A model generated the notes under the pieces. The model was given only the letters and a program-made list of their open reading frames with translations. It searched no databases and was not told the DNA's origin. The position numbers were made by a program, and so were the translations under genes. Of a stretch of 64,000 nucleotides of DNA, positions 12,401 through 24,892 are shown piece after piece; within the stretch, counting starts at the first letter, position 1, and each line of letters begins with the position of its first letter. The stretch is from contig CATNEN010000030.1 of NCBI GenBank assembly GCA_950097015.1, forward strand, positions 434,001-498,000, read 5' to 3'. This DNA comes from Macrostomum hystrix (taxonomy: Eukaryota > Animalia > Platyhelminthes).

Positions 12401-12941
12401 CCGCGGCTGGAGTCTGTGGCGCCTGCCTCAGGATGCCGACTCGCCAGACAGTGTCGAACTGCTTAGCGCCCGCCGGGCCGCTCACTCTCGCATCGTCTGG
12501 TGCTGCGCCTGGCCGCCTTTGCTCAAGGATGAAGCGGAGGAAGAATTCTTCGTCACGGGTTCTCGCGATCGTCGACTAGCGGTGTGGTTGGCCACGCCGA
12601 ATTCAGCTGCGGAAAATAAACAGCCTGAACCGGTGGCTGCGCTGGACTTTGATTCGCCTGTTACAGCCTTGGCTTTCCGATCGACGCCTTTGTCTTCGTT
12701 GTCTTCGACTCTGTGCTGCGCTGTCGGCTTAGAGTCTGGCGCTATCGGGCTGGCCAGCCTGGCTCCTGGCTCCGCTTCCGGCTGGCAACTGGCGCTGCTG
12801 GCCACAGTTCCTGTGCACGCTGGCACCGTTCGTGAGCTGGCATTCCGGCCAGGCCAGCCGGACTGTCTGGCCAGCTGTTCTGCTGACACCACCGTGCGGC
12901 TGCTACGATTGAAGTCGGCGATGGACGACGCCAAGGTCTAG
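9464..12941 (+). CDS. ELP2: Elongator complex protein 2 (WD40)
   Basis: Exons 9464-10432, 10798-11388, 11934-12941, all phase 0 with GT-AG introns. Motifs [90 protein letters not shown]. About 856 aa including an inferred Met. Confidence 0.93.
11428..11830. repeat. 43-bp minisatellite in ELP2 intron 2
   Basis: About 9 units of cagccactgatccatcaggatgccgccgccaccccttcttatt. Confidence 0.95.
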
Positions 12942-13254
12942 CTTTGCGAGCATCCCAAATCGACTTTGCAATTATTTTATTTGCATTGTTGAGAACTGTT
13001 ATTCATCTCCCTAGTCTTCCTTGCAATGCGTACTTTGCTTGAAACGCCACACTTTACGTGTTATTTAGTTTGCATTTGAATTAAGAAAAAAATCACGAGA
13101 AATTTCAATTGTCTATGATTTGGACTTTTGTTTGTTTTCTTGCATTTTATTTTAATAATAATTCTGTAAAATTGCAACCGTCCCTTCAGACCCATGATTC
13201 ACAAGCCAATAAAGATCGTAAATCAGATTTCTCCCGATAATCTTAATCAATTAT

Positions 13255-14030
13255 TTAGTGTTCCATTGATAATCCCTCTCAATTCTTTGATTCCCGTTGA
13301 TAATCCCTCTTTATTCTTTCGATTCCCATTGATAATCCCTCTTAATTCTTTCGATTCCCATTGATAGTCCCTCTTTATTCTTTCGATTCCCACTGAAAAT
13401 CCCTCTTTATTCTTTCGACTCCCATTGATAATCCCTCTCAATTCTTTCGATTCCCATTGATAATCCCTCTATTCTTTCTATTCCCATTGATAATCCCTCT
13501 TAATTCTTTGATTCCCGTTGATAATCCCTCTTTATTCTTTCGATCCCCATTGATAATCCCTCTTAATTCTTTGATTCCCGTTGATAATCCCACTTAATTC
13601 TTTGATTCCCGTTGATAATCCCTCTCAATTCTTTGATTCCCGTTGATAATCCCTCTTAATTCTTTGATTCCCGTTGATAATCCCTCTTAATTCTTTGATT
13701 CCCGTTGATAATCCCTCTCAATTCTTTGATTCCCGTTGATAATCCCTCTCAATTCTTTGATTCCCGTTGATAATCCCTCTTAATTCTTTGATTCCCGTTG
13801 ATAATCCCTCTTAATTCTTTGATTCCCGTTGATAATCCCTCTTAATTCTTTGATTCCCGTTGATAATCCCTCTTAATTCTTTGATTCCCGTTGATAATCC
13901 CACTTAATTCTTTGATTCCCACTGATAATCCCTCTTTTTTCTTTCGATTCCCATTGTTAATCCCTCTCAATTCTTTCGATTCCCATTGTTAATCCCTCTC
14001 AATTCTTTCGATTCCCATTGATAATCCCTT
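13255..14030. repeat. 31/32-bp minisatellite between ELP2 and EXOSC4
   Basis: Units aatccctcttaattctttgattcccgttgat. Confidence 0.95.
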
Positions 14031-14241
14031 CTAAATCTTTAGATTCGCCATTCGCCATAGATGTCGCCATTGTTTATCCTTCCTAATTCTTTTATTTGCC
14101 ATTTATTTACGAGCTAGTATCCATAATCTATGCAGCTAATCTATGTTTTATCTGATAACCTATTGATCATCATGTTTAATTTTTTGAGATACGAGTAGTG
14201 CCCTTCCTAATCCTTCAGATTATCATATAGATTACGAGGCA

Positions 14242-15503
14242 ATGACGGACATTCTGCTCAACGGCCGCCGCGTTGATGGCCGCAGGCCCAACGAGCATCG
14301 CCTCATGGAGGCTCAACTGGGCACGCAGCCGCAGGCTGACGGCTCTGCGCTGCTGAGCCACGGTAACTCCCGCCTGCTAGCCACCGTGCACGGACCCTCG
14401 CAGGCGCGCGCCTCGGATCTATCGCCGGACGAGGATTGCGTCCTGCGCGTGCTCTATAGTAAGCCGCCCTTCGCCAGCATGACCGAACGGCGTCGGCGAG
14501 GCCGCGGCGATCGAAAACAAGACGAAACGGCCAGACTTATCGAGGAGACTCTCGAAGGCGTTGTGCTCAAACAGCTGTATAGGAGATCCCAGATTGAGAT
14601 TAGAGTGCAGGTACGGAGGGAGTAGAATTGGGTGAGGGTGAGTTGGAGAATTGGTGAGGGTGAGAGGGAGGATACTTGGGTGAGGGTGAGTCGGAGGAGA
14701 CTTGGGTGAGGGTGAGTCGGAGGAGACTTGGGTGAGGGTGAGTTGGAGAATTGGTGAGGGTGAGACGGAGGATACTTGGGTGAGGGTGAGTCGGAGGAGA
14801 CTTGGGTGAGGGTGAGTCGGAGGAGACTTGGGTGAGGGTGAGACGGAGGAGACTTGGGTGAGGGTGAGACGGAGGAGAATTGGGTGAGGGTGAGACGGAG
14901 GAGAATAGGGTGAGGGTGAGACGGAGGGGACTTGGGTGAGGGTGAGACGGAGGAGAATAGGGTGAGGGTGAGACGGAGGGGACTTGGGTGAGGGTGAGAC
15001 GGAGGGGACTTGGGTGAGGGTGAGACGGAGGAGACTTGGGTGAGGGTGAGACGGAGGATAATAGGGTGAGTGTGAGAGGGGAGCATGGAATCCATAAGGA
15101 TGAAGCAATGCATATTATCTCTGACCTGCAACCCCTGATGCCTCAGGTGCTGCAGTCCGATGGCTCCGAGCTGGCGACCGCATTCAACGCAGTCAGCCTG
15201 GCCCTGATGGACGCCGGTGTGGCGATGCGCGGCCACCTGGCTGCGGTCACAGTGGGCTACTGCGATCAGGCGCCCCTGGTTGATCTGAACTCCTTCGAGC
15301 AGGGCGCCGGCCTGCCCAGCTTCACCGTGGCCTGCATCGGCCAGCGAGTCCTGCACGCCTCCGTTGGCTCCCGGCTGCATCTGCAGCAGCTGGAGCCTCT
15401 GCTGGCCTGCGCACTGCGCGCCAGCGCCTGCGTCGCCGACCGCCTCAGCGCCGATGTCAAAGCACACCTGTTGGCCGCTTGCTGCTTCCAGTCTGCAGCT
15501 TGA
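14242..15503 (+). CDS. EXOSC4: Exosome complex component RRP41
   Basis: Exons 14242-14610 and 15147-15503 (CAG|gtacgg...cctcag|GTG). RVDGRRPNEHR, ADGSALLSHGN, RRSQIEIRVQ|VLQSDGS, FNAVSLALMDAGVAM are RNase PH family Rrp41 motifs; 241 aa. Confidence 0.95.
14626..15072. repeat. 26-bp G-rich minisatellite in the EXOSC4 intron
   Basis: About 17 units of gggtgagggtgagacggaggagactt. Confidence 0.95.
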
Positions 15504-15769
15504 AACTCACTATTTTCTCCCTCCTGTACTGTACCTGTAGTCTCTGATCCTATGGCATTGCGACTCTATATTTGAAGTCAAGTTTAGGCCCTCGACTAGC
15601 TATAAATATGCATTTGTTCACAGCATTGCTGCTATTGTTCTGGTGCGCGCTAGTCTACCGTAATTACCTGTTCGGTGTCGCAATTGATGCTGATTAAATT
15701 GTTAAATGAATTAAAATTTCATTAGTAAGCCCTTTTCTCTCTCATTTTGATTTTGTTTATTAGTTAGGG

Positions 15770-18700
15770 ATTTATAGAGTGAGTCATTGAATTATAGAGT
15801 GGGTCATTGACTCATAGAGTGGGTCATTGAATCATAGAGTGGGTCATTTAATCATAGAGTGGGTCATTGAATCATAGAGTGGGTCATTTAATCATAGAGT
15901 GGGTCATTGAATCATAGAGTGGGCCATTGAATCATAGAGTGGGTCATTTAATCATAGAGTGGGTCATTGAATCATAGAGTGGGTCATTTAATCATAGAGT
16001 AGGTCATTTAATCATAGAGTGGGTCATTGAATCATAGAGTGGGCCATTGAATCATAGAGTGGGCCATTGAATCATAGAGTGGGTCATTCAATCATAGAGT
16101 GGGTCATTGAATCATAGAGTGAGTCATTGAATCATAGAGTGGGTCATTGAATCATAGAGTGATTCATTGAATCATAGAGTGGGTCATTGAATCATAGAGT
16201 GATTCATTGAATCATAGAGTGGGTCATTGAATCATAGAGTGATTCATTAAATCATACAGAGAGTGATTCATTGAATCATAGAGTGGGTCATTGAATCATA
16301 GAGTGGGTCATTGAATCATAGAGTGATTTATAAAGTCATAGAGTGATTTATAAAGTCATAGAGTGATTCATTGAATCATAGAGTGGGTCATTGAATCATA
16401 GAGTGATTCATTGAATCATAGAGTGGGTCATTGAATCATAGAGTGGGTCATTGAATCATAGAGTGGGTCATTGAATCATAGAGTGGGTCATTGAATCATA
16501 GAGTGATTCATTGAATCATACAGAGAGTGATTCATTGAATCATAGAGTGGTTCATTGAATCATAGAGTGGGTCATTGAATCATAGAGTGATTTATAAAGT
16601 CATAGAGTGATTTATAAAGTCATAGAGTGATTCATTGAATCATAGAGTGGGTCATTGAATCATAGAGTGGGTCATTTAATCATAGAGTGGGTCATTGAAT
16701 CATAGAGTGGGTCATTTAATCATAGAGTAGGTCATTTAATCATAGAGTGGGTCATTGAATCATAGAGTGGGTCATTGAATCATAGAGTGGGTCATTGAAT
16801 CATAGAGTGATTCATTGAATCATACAGAGAGTGATTCATTGAATCATAGAGTGGTTCATTGAATCATAGAGTGGGTCATTGAATCATAGAGTGATTTATA
16901 AAGTCATAGAGTGATTTATAAAGTCATAGAGTGATTCATTGAATCATAGAGTGGGTCATTGAATCATAGAGTGATTCATTGAATCATAGAGTGGGTCATT
17001 GAATCATAGAGTGGGTCATTGAATCATAGAGTGGGTCATTGAATCATAGAGTGGGTCATTGAATCATAGAGTGGGTCATTGAATCATAGAGTGGGTCATT
17101 GAATCATAGATTGGGTCATTGAATCATAGAGTGATTCATTGAATCATAGAGTGATTTATAAAGTCATAGAGTGATTTATAAAGTCATAGAGTGATTCATT
17201 GAATCATAGAGTGGGTCATTGAATCATAGAGTGGGTCATTTAATCATAGAGTGGGTCATTGAATCATAGAGTGGGTCATTTAATCATAGAGTAGGTCATT
17301 TAATCATAGAGTGGGTCATTGAATCATAGAGTGGGTCATTTAATCATAGAGTGGGTCATTGAATCATAGAGTGGGCCATTGAATCATAGAGTGGGTCATT
17401 TAATCATAGAGTGGGTCATTGAATCATAGAGTGGGTCATTTAATCATAGAGTAGGTCATTTAATCATAGAGTGGGTCATTGAATCATAGAGTGGGCCATT
17501 GAATCATAGAGTGGGCCATTGAATCATAGAGTGGGTCATTCAATCATAGAGTGGGTCATTGAATCATAGAGTGGGTCATTGAAATCATAGAGTGGGTCAT
17601 TGAATCATAGAGTGATTCATTGAATCATAGAGTGGGTCATTGAATCATAGAGTGATTCATTGAATCATAGAGTGGGTCATTGAATCATAGAGTGGGTCAT
17701 TGAATCATAGAGTGGGTCATTGAATCATAGAGTGGGTCATTGAATCATAGAGTGATTCATTGAATCATACAGAGAGTGATTCATTGAATCATAGAGTGGG
17801 TCATTGAATCATAGAGTGGGTCATTGAATCATAGAGTGGGTCATTGAATCATAGAGTGATTTATAAAGTCATAGAGTGATTCATTGAATCATAGAGTGGG
17901 TCATTGAATCATAGAGTGATTCATTGAATCATAGAGTGGGTCATTGAATCATAGAGTGGGTCATTGAATCATAGAGTGGGTCATTGAATCATAGATTGGG
18001 TCATTGAATCATAGAGTGATTCATTGAATCATAGAGTGGGTCATTGAATCATAGAGTGGGTCATTGAATCATAGAGTGATTTATAAAGTCATAGAGTGAT
18101 TTATAAAGTCAGAGTGATTTATAAAGTCATAGAGTGATTTATAAAGTCATAGAGTGATTCATTGAATCATAGAGTGGGTCATTGAATCATAGAGTGGGTC
18201 ATTTAATCATAGAGTGGGTCATTGAATCATAGAGTGGGTCATTTAAATCATAGAGTAGGTCATTTAATCATAGAGTGGGTCATTGAATCATAGAGTGGGT
18301 CATTGAATCATAGAGTGGGTCATTGAATCATAGAGTGATTCATTGAATCATACAGAGAGTGATTCATTGAATCATAGAGTGGTTCATTGAATCATAGAGT
18401 GGGTCATTGAATCATAGAGTGATTTATAAAGTCATAGAGTGATTTATAAAGTCATAGAGTGATTCATTGAATCATAGAGTGGGTCATTGAATCATAGAGT
18501 GGGTCATTTAATCATAGAGTGGGTCATTGAATCATAGAGTGGGTCATTTAATCATAGAGTAGGTCATTTAATCATAGAGTGGGTCATTGAATCATAGAGT
18601 GGGTCATTTAATCATAGAGTGGGTCATTGAATCATAGAGTGGGCCATTGAATCATAGAGTGGGTCATTTAATCATAGAGTGGGTCATTGAATCATAGAGT

Positions 18701-19702
18701 GGGTCATTTAATCATAGAGTAGGTCATTTAATCATAGAGTGGGTCATTGAATCATAGAGTGGGCCATTGAATCATAGAGTGGGCCATTGAATCATAGAGT
18801 GGGTCATTCAATCATAGAGTGGGTCATTGAATCATAGAGTGGGTCATTGAATCATAGAGTGGGTCATTGAATCATAGAGTGATTCATTGAATCATAGAGT
18901 GGGTCATTGAATCATAGAGTGATTCATTGAATCATAGAGTGGGTCATTGAATCATAGAGTGGGTCATTGAATCATAGAGTGGGTCATTGAATCATAGAGT
19001 GGGTCATTGAATCATAGAGTGATTCATTGAATCATACAGAGAGTGATTCATTGAATCATAGAGTGGGTCATTGAATCATAGAGTGGGTCATTGAATCATA
19101 GAGTGGGTCATTGAATCATAGAGTGATTTATAAAGTCATAGAGTGATTCATTAAATCATAGAGTGGGTCATTGAATCATAGAGTGATTCATTGAATCATA
19201 GAGTGGGTCATTGAATCATAGAGTGGGTCATTGAATCATAGAGTGGGTCATTGAATCATAGATTGGGTCATTGAATCATAGAGTGATTCATTGAATCATA
19301 GAGTGGGTCATTGAATCATAGAGTGATTTATAAAGTCATAGAGTGATTTATAAAGTCAGAGTGATTTATAAAGTCATAGAGTGATTTATAAAGTCATAGA
19401 GTGATTTATCAAGTCATAGAGTGATTTATAAAGTCATAGAGTGATTTATAAAGTCATAGAGTGATTTATAAAGTCAGAGTGATTTATAAAGTCATAGAGT
19501 GATTTATAAAGTCATAGAGTGATTTATCAAGTCATAGAGTGATTTATAAAGTCATAGAGTGATTTATCAAGTCATAGAGTGATTTATCAAGTCATAGAGT
19601 GATTTATAAAGTCATAGAGTGATTTATAAAGTCATAGAGTGATTTATCAAGTCATAGAGTGATTTATAAAGTCATAGAGTGATTTATAAAGTCATAGAGT
19701 GG
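15770..19702. repeat. 3.9-kb 20-bp minisatellite (atcatagagtgggtcattga) with variant gtcatagagtgatttataaa
   Basis: About 195 units read directly; variant units recur in blocks. Confidence 0.97.
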
Positions 19703-19887
19703 GTCAACAAATCGTGGAGCACTTCATTCTCTATGAAGAGTTGAAGGGAGAAAGGTTGAGTTATGAAGTCACCGACTGAGTCATCGCATTAATTAAGTGA
19801 TTTTTTCGCCTGGCCTCTGTTATTTCAGCTCCAGCTCAGTATTTAATCTTTCGTCAGCTGAACTCAAATTTGAAATCTAAAGTGGTC

Positions 19888-21333
19888 ATGGCCCTATCCA
19901 GTGATCGTCTAAGCAACATTGTCGATGGCCTGTGGCTAGGCGGCGTTGATGCTGTAGCCAATCACAGCCTGCTGACGTCAGCCCACATCAGCCACGTGCT
20001 GGGTGTTGTAGAGCGCGAATTTAATTACGCAGCTTATTCTAGACCGTTCAAATTTCCACTCCGCACCCTGCGCTTGGACGCAGAGGACAGCTTGAAGCAG
20101 GACCTCACGCAGCACTTCGCGAAGGCGGCGCAATTCATTCACGAGGCCCGGGCAGCCAATGGTCAGGTGAGTACCCTGCTTACACCTTTGTTACTACGGC
20201 TGATAAAGAATGAAAAGGGGATTTATGATGCAGGGATTATAATGCGGGGAGCTTGATGAACTGACGAGAAATGCAGGGAGCTTGATGAACTGACGAGAAA
20301 TGCAGGGAGCTTGATGAAGGGACGAGAGATGCAGGGAGTGTGATTAAGGGACAAGAGATGTAGGGAGTGTGATAAAGGGACAAGAGATGTAGGGAGTGTG
20401 GTAGAGGGACAAGAGATGTAGGGAGTGTGGTAGAGGGACAAGAGATGCAGGGAGTGTGGTAGAGGGACAAGAGATGTAGGGAGTGTGATAAAGGGACAAG
20501 AGATACAGGGAGTGGGATAAAGGGACAAGAGATGCAGGGAGTGTGATTAAGGGACAAGAGATGTAGGGAGTGTGGTAGAGGGACAAGAGATGCAGGGTGT
20601 GTGATAAAGGGACAAGAGATACAGGGAGTGTGATAAAGGGGCAAGAGATGCAGGGAGTGTGATTAAGGGACAAGAGATGTAGTGAGTGTGATTAAGGGAC
20701 AAGAGATGCAGGGAGTGTGATTAAGGGACAAGAGATGCAGGGAGTGTGATTAAGGGACAAGAGATGCAGGGAGTGTGATTAAGGGACAAGAGATGCAGGG
20801 AGTGTGATTAAGGGACAAGAGATGTAGGGAGTGTGGTAGAGGGACAAGAGATGTAGGGAGTGTGATTAAGGGACAAGAGATGTAGGGAGTGTGGTAGAGG
20901 GACAAGAGATGCAGGGAGTGTGATTAAGGGACGAGAGATGCAGGGAGTGTGATAAATGGACGAGAGTTGCATGGAGATTCGTGAAGAATTTCCTGATTGC
21001 AAAGCTCTCAACCCTGAACTGTAACGATGCATCGCGCAGGTGCTAGTCCACTGCCTGATGGGCATATCCCGCTCTGTGACAGTCGTGTGCGCCTACCTGG
21101 TGACGGTCACTGGCCTGCCAGCCGAAGATGTGCTGGCAGCCGTGCGCAGCCGTCGCTCCCTGGCGGATCCCAATCCGAACTTCGTGCGCCAACTGCAGCG
21201 ATACTCCGAGTCGGCCGAGGTTGTCGAGCTGCGCGACGCACTGCTGCGCGACTGGCCGGAAACCCGGCAGCTGGCTGAACGAGATCGCAAGGACCTGCTG
21301 AGTGTACTGCGGCTGGTTAAACGGCGCAAGTAA
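19888..21333 (+). CDS. Atypical dual-specificity protein phosphatase (DUSP15/22-like)
   Basis: Exons 19888-20166 and 21040-21333 (CAG|gtgagt...cgcag|GTG). Catalytic VHCLMGISRS (HCX5R), general-acid loop DAEDS, AYL...RSLADPNPNFVRQL; about 190 aa. Confidence 0.9.
20238..20960. repeat. 29-bp purine-rich minisatellite in the DUSP intron
   Basis: Units gggagtgtgattaagggacaagagatgca. Confidence 0.95.
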
Positions 21334-21394
21334 AAGTGTCGCGCTTTCAATATAGCCTGCTGAGGCTTGTGACTATGATAAATCATGACTATGC

Positions 21395-21645
21395 CCTAAT
21401 TGGGTCAGATGTGCAGCCGACAGTATAGCTTAGCTATTGCGTGGCGCATTTGAAATTTGCGTACGGCTGTTCAGTCCATGGACTGGGTGGACGCCACACC
21501 CACTATCAATTACCCAATCTGATGCTGGTATCTATTTAACGGCTGGGTGAACTAAAGCAATGCTGGGTTAAATGAATTGCTGTGTCGATTCGAACCCCCG
21601 ACGTTTAATTCCTGAGTTCGACGCTCTAACCACTAGGCTGCAACC
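21395..21645 (-). mobile_element. tRNA-derived SINE, family B (CORE-like central domain)
   Basis: The minus strand has an A-box (tagtggttagagc) and B-box (ggttcgaatc) head, then cattgctttagttcacccagccgttaaatagatacc and a tail gtccatggactgaacagcc. Related copies at ~3255-3445, 21690-21778, 24690-24871, 27625-28250 (split), 28905-29110, 29360-29760 (split) and a fragment at ~53495-53530. Confidence 0.75.
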
Positions 21646-22234
21646 TCATTAAATAATAGACGCCAGACTTCCCCAGCAATCTATCGGACCCATTTTACAG
21701 CTGGGTGTTATGAGCTGGGATTCGAACCCCGGACCATTCGATTAGAAGCCCGAATCTCTAACCAATGGGCTACAGCATTCTACAGACTTGAAATCTCGTT
21801 AGAAATATTCATGTATATTTATAGCGTTATAAAGTGTTGTAATATCCTATCTGTTCACACTTAAATCGTATTTATTTATTGTTTATTTTTTGCCTCAATA
21901 GTCCTTCTTTTTCTAATCTTCCCATAGAGAAGCACTGCCTTATGCACACGAAATTAGCACACAGGTAACAAAAAGATTTTAGCAACCAGCGAGATATTGC
22001 CACATTTTATATCTGAGCAAACTCAGCAATTTTTACAAATACAGTTATATAAATCATTTTCTGACGTCTACTGGATTTGTTTATTTTGCTTATTTTTTGT
22101 TATTTTATTTTAGCTTCAGACACTCCTGCAATTTTTCGACTATTAAAAAAGGCATAATTATTTCTGTTTGTTTATAGAATGCCTTTGAATGAAAGAATTA
22201 AAGTACTTTGCTCATTGACTAATTCACCCATTGA

Positions 22235-24240
22235 GCACTTTACCCATATACTACCCGATAGACTGCTTTCCTGATAGACTACTTCACCCATAAAATACTT
22301 CACCCATAGACTGCTTCACCCACGGACTACTTTACCCATAGACTGCTTCACCCATAAAATACTTCACCTATAGACTACTTCACCCATAAAACACTTCACC
22401 TATAGACTACTTCACCCATAAAACACTTCACCTATAGACTACTTCACCCATAAAACACTTCACCTATAGACTACTTCACCCATAAAATACTTCACCTATA
22501 GACTGCTTCACCCATAAAATACTTCACCCATAGACTGCTTCACCCACGGACTACTTTACCCATAGACTGCTTCACCCATAAAATACTTCACCTATAGACT
22601 ACTTCACCCATAAAATACTTCACCTATAGACTACTTCACCCATAAAACACTTCACCTATAGACTACTTCACCCATAAAATACTTCACCTATAGACTACTT
22701 CACCCATAAAATACTTCACCTATAGACTGCTTAACCCATAAAATACTTCACCTATAGACTACTTCACCCATAAAATACTTCACCTATAGACTGCTTCACC
22801 CATAAAATACTTCACCTATAGACTGCTTCACCCATAACTTCACCTATAGACTGCTTCACCCATAAAATACTTCACCTATAGACTGCTTCACCCATAAAAT
22901 ACTTCACCTATAGACTGCTTCACCCATAAAATACTTTACCTATAGACTGCTTCACCCACGGACTACTTTACCCATAGACTGCTTCACCCATAAAATACTT
23001 CACCTATAGACTGCTTCACCCATAAAATACTTCACCTACAGACTGCTTCACCCATAAAATACTTCATCTATAGACTGCTTCACCCATAAAATACTTTACC
23101 TATAGACTGCTTCACCCATAAAATACTTTACCTATAGACTGCTTCACCCACGGACTACTTTACCCATAGACTGCTTCACCCATAAAATACTTCACCTATA
23201 GACTGCTTCACCCATAAAATACTTCACCTACAGACTGCTTCACCCATAAAATACTTCACCTATAGACTGCTTCACCCATAAAATACTTCACCTATAGACT
23301 GCTTCACCCATAAAATACTTCACCTATAGACTGCTTCACCCATAAAATACTTCACCTATAGACTGCTTCACCCATAAAATACTTCACCTATAGACTACTT
23401 CACCCATAAAATACTTCACCCATAGACTACTTCACCCATAAAATACTTCACCCATAGACTACTTCACCCATAAAATACTTCACATATAGACTGCTTCACC
23501 CATAAAATACTTCACCTATAGACTGCTTCACCCATAAAATACTTTACCTATAGACTGCTTCACCCACGGACTACTTTACCCATAGACTGCTTCACCCATA
23601 AAATACTTCACCTATAGACTACTTCACCCATAAAATACTTCACCTACAGACTGCTTCACCCATAAAATACTTCACCTATAGACTGCTTCACCCATAAAAT
23701 ACTTCACCTACAGACTGCTTCACCCATAAAATACTTCACCTATAGACTGCTTCACCCATAAAATACTTTACCTATAGACTGCTTCACCCACGGACTACTT
23801 TACCCATAGACTGCTTCACCCATAAAATACTTCACCTATAGACTGCTTCACCCATAAAATACTTCACCTATAGACTGCTTCACCCACGGACTACTTTACC
23901 CATAGACTGCTTCACCCATCAAATACTTCACCTATAGACTACTTCACCCATAAAATACTTCACCTATAGACTGCTTCACCCATAAAATACTTCACCCATA
24001 GACTACTTCACCCATAAAATACTTCACATATAGACTGCTTCACCCATAAAATACTTCACCTATAGACTACTTCACCCATAAAATACTTCACCTATAGACT
24101 GCTTCACCCATAAAATACTTTACCTATAGACTGCTTCACCCACGGACTACTTTACCCATAGACTGCTTCACCCATAAAATACTTCACCTATAGACTGCTT
24201 CACCCACGGACTACTTTACCCATAGACTGCTTCGCCCATA
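22235..24240. repeat. 32-bp minisatellite built from two 16-mers (cacccataaaatactt + cacctatagactgctt)
   Basis: About 2 kb of tandem units read directly. Confidence 0.96.
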
Positions 24241-24892
24241 AACGTCTGAACCAATAGAAAAACACTTGTTAGTTGTTTTTGACCCCATCGGTCAGGAGTT
24301 TTATTCAAAGATCTTTCGTATTCTTTGCTTCTGTTCTCTAATCTAGTCGCAATTATCTTTTTTGCTCAATTATTCAATAAAATATATATGAGTATCGTTT
24401 GTATATTTCATTTTGCCTTTCAAGTTCTTTTGATTGCACGCTTGGCGCTAAGCGGCTACACAGGCCTGAATATACCTACAATTATATCGAGAGATGTAAA
24501 ATTAATTTTTTTTCAATTTCGTTCCGACGATTATTCACAACATTTTCCAGTTTTTTATTCCATTCAACTCTTAAAGTTCAGTCTTTTCTGTATTAATTTG
24601 ACTTACAAAAAATAACGAAATACTTCGATTTTACTACTTGTCAGTGAGTAGCTAGTCTAAACTAGAGAGAATATTGCGTAGAGCGTCCAAAGGCAGTTGT
24701 TCAGTCCATTGACTAGGTGAGTGGTGCCACAACCAACTAAATTTCAATTCCTAAACTTCAGTAAACTGTCTTGTTTAAGGACACAAATTGTTACCTTGGA
24801 ATTGGAAAGAGATTCGAACTCCAGACCTCTTGTTAATGAGCCAGGTGCTCTAACCTTTGTGCTACAACCTCCTTTGCAGGCACTGTCAAAGC

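Noticed and set aside
21590-21645. tRNA-like A and B boxes here and at other SINE heads
   Set aside because: No complete cloverleaf; each is followed by a shared SINE body, so they are not called tRNA genes.
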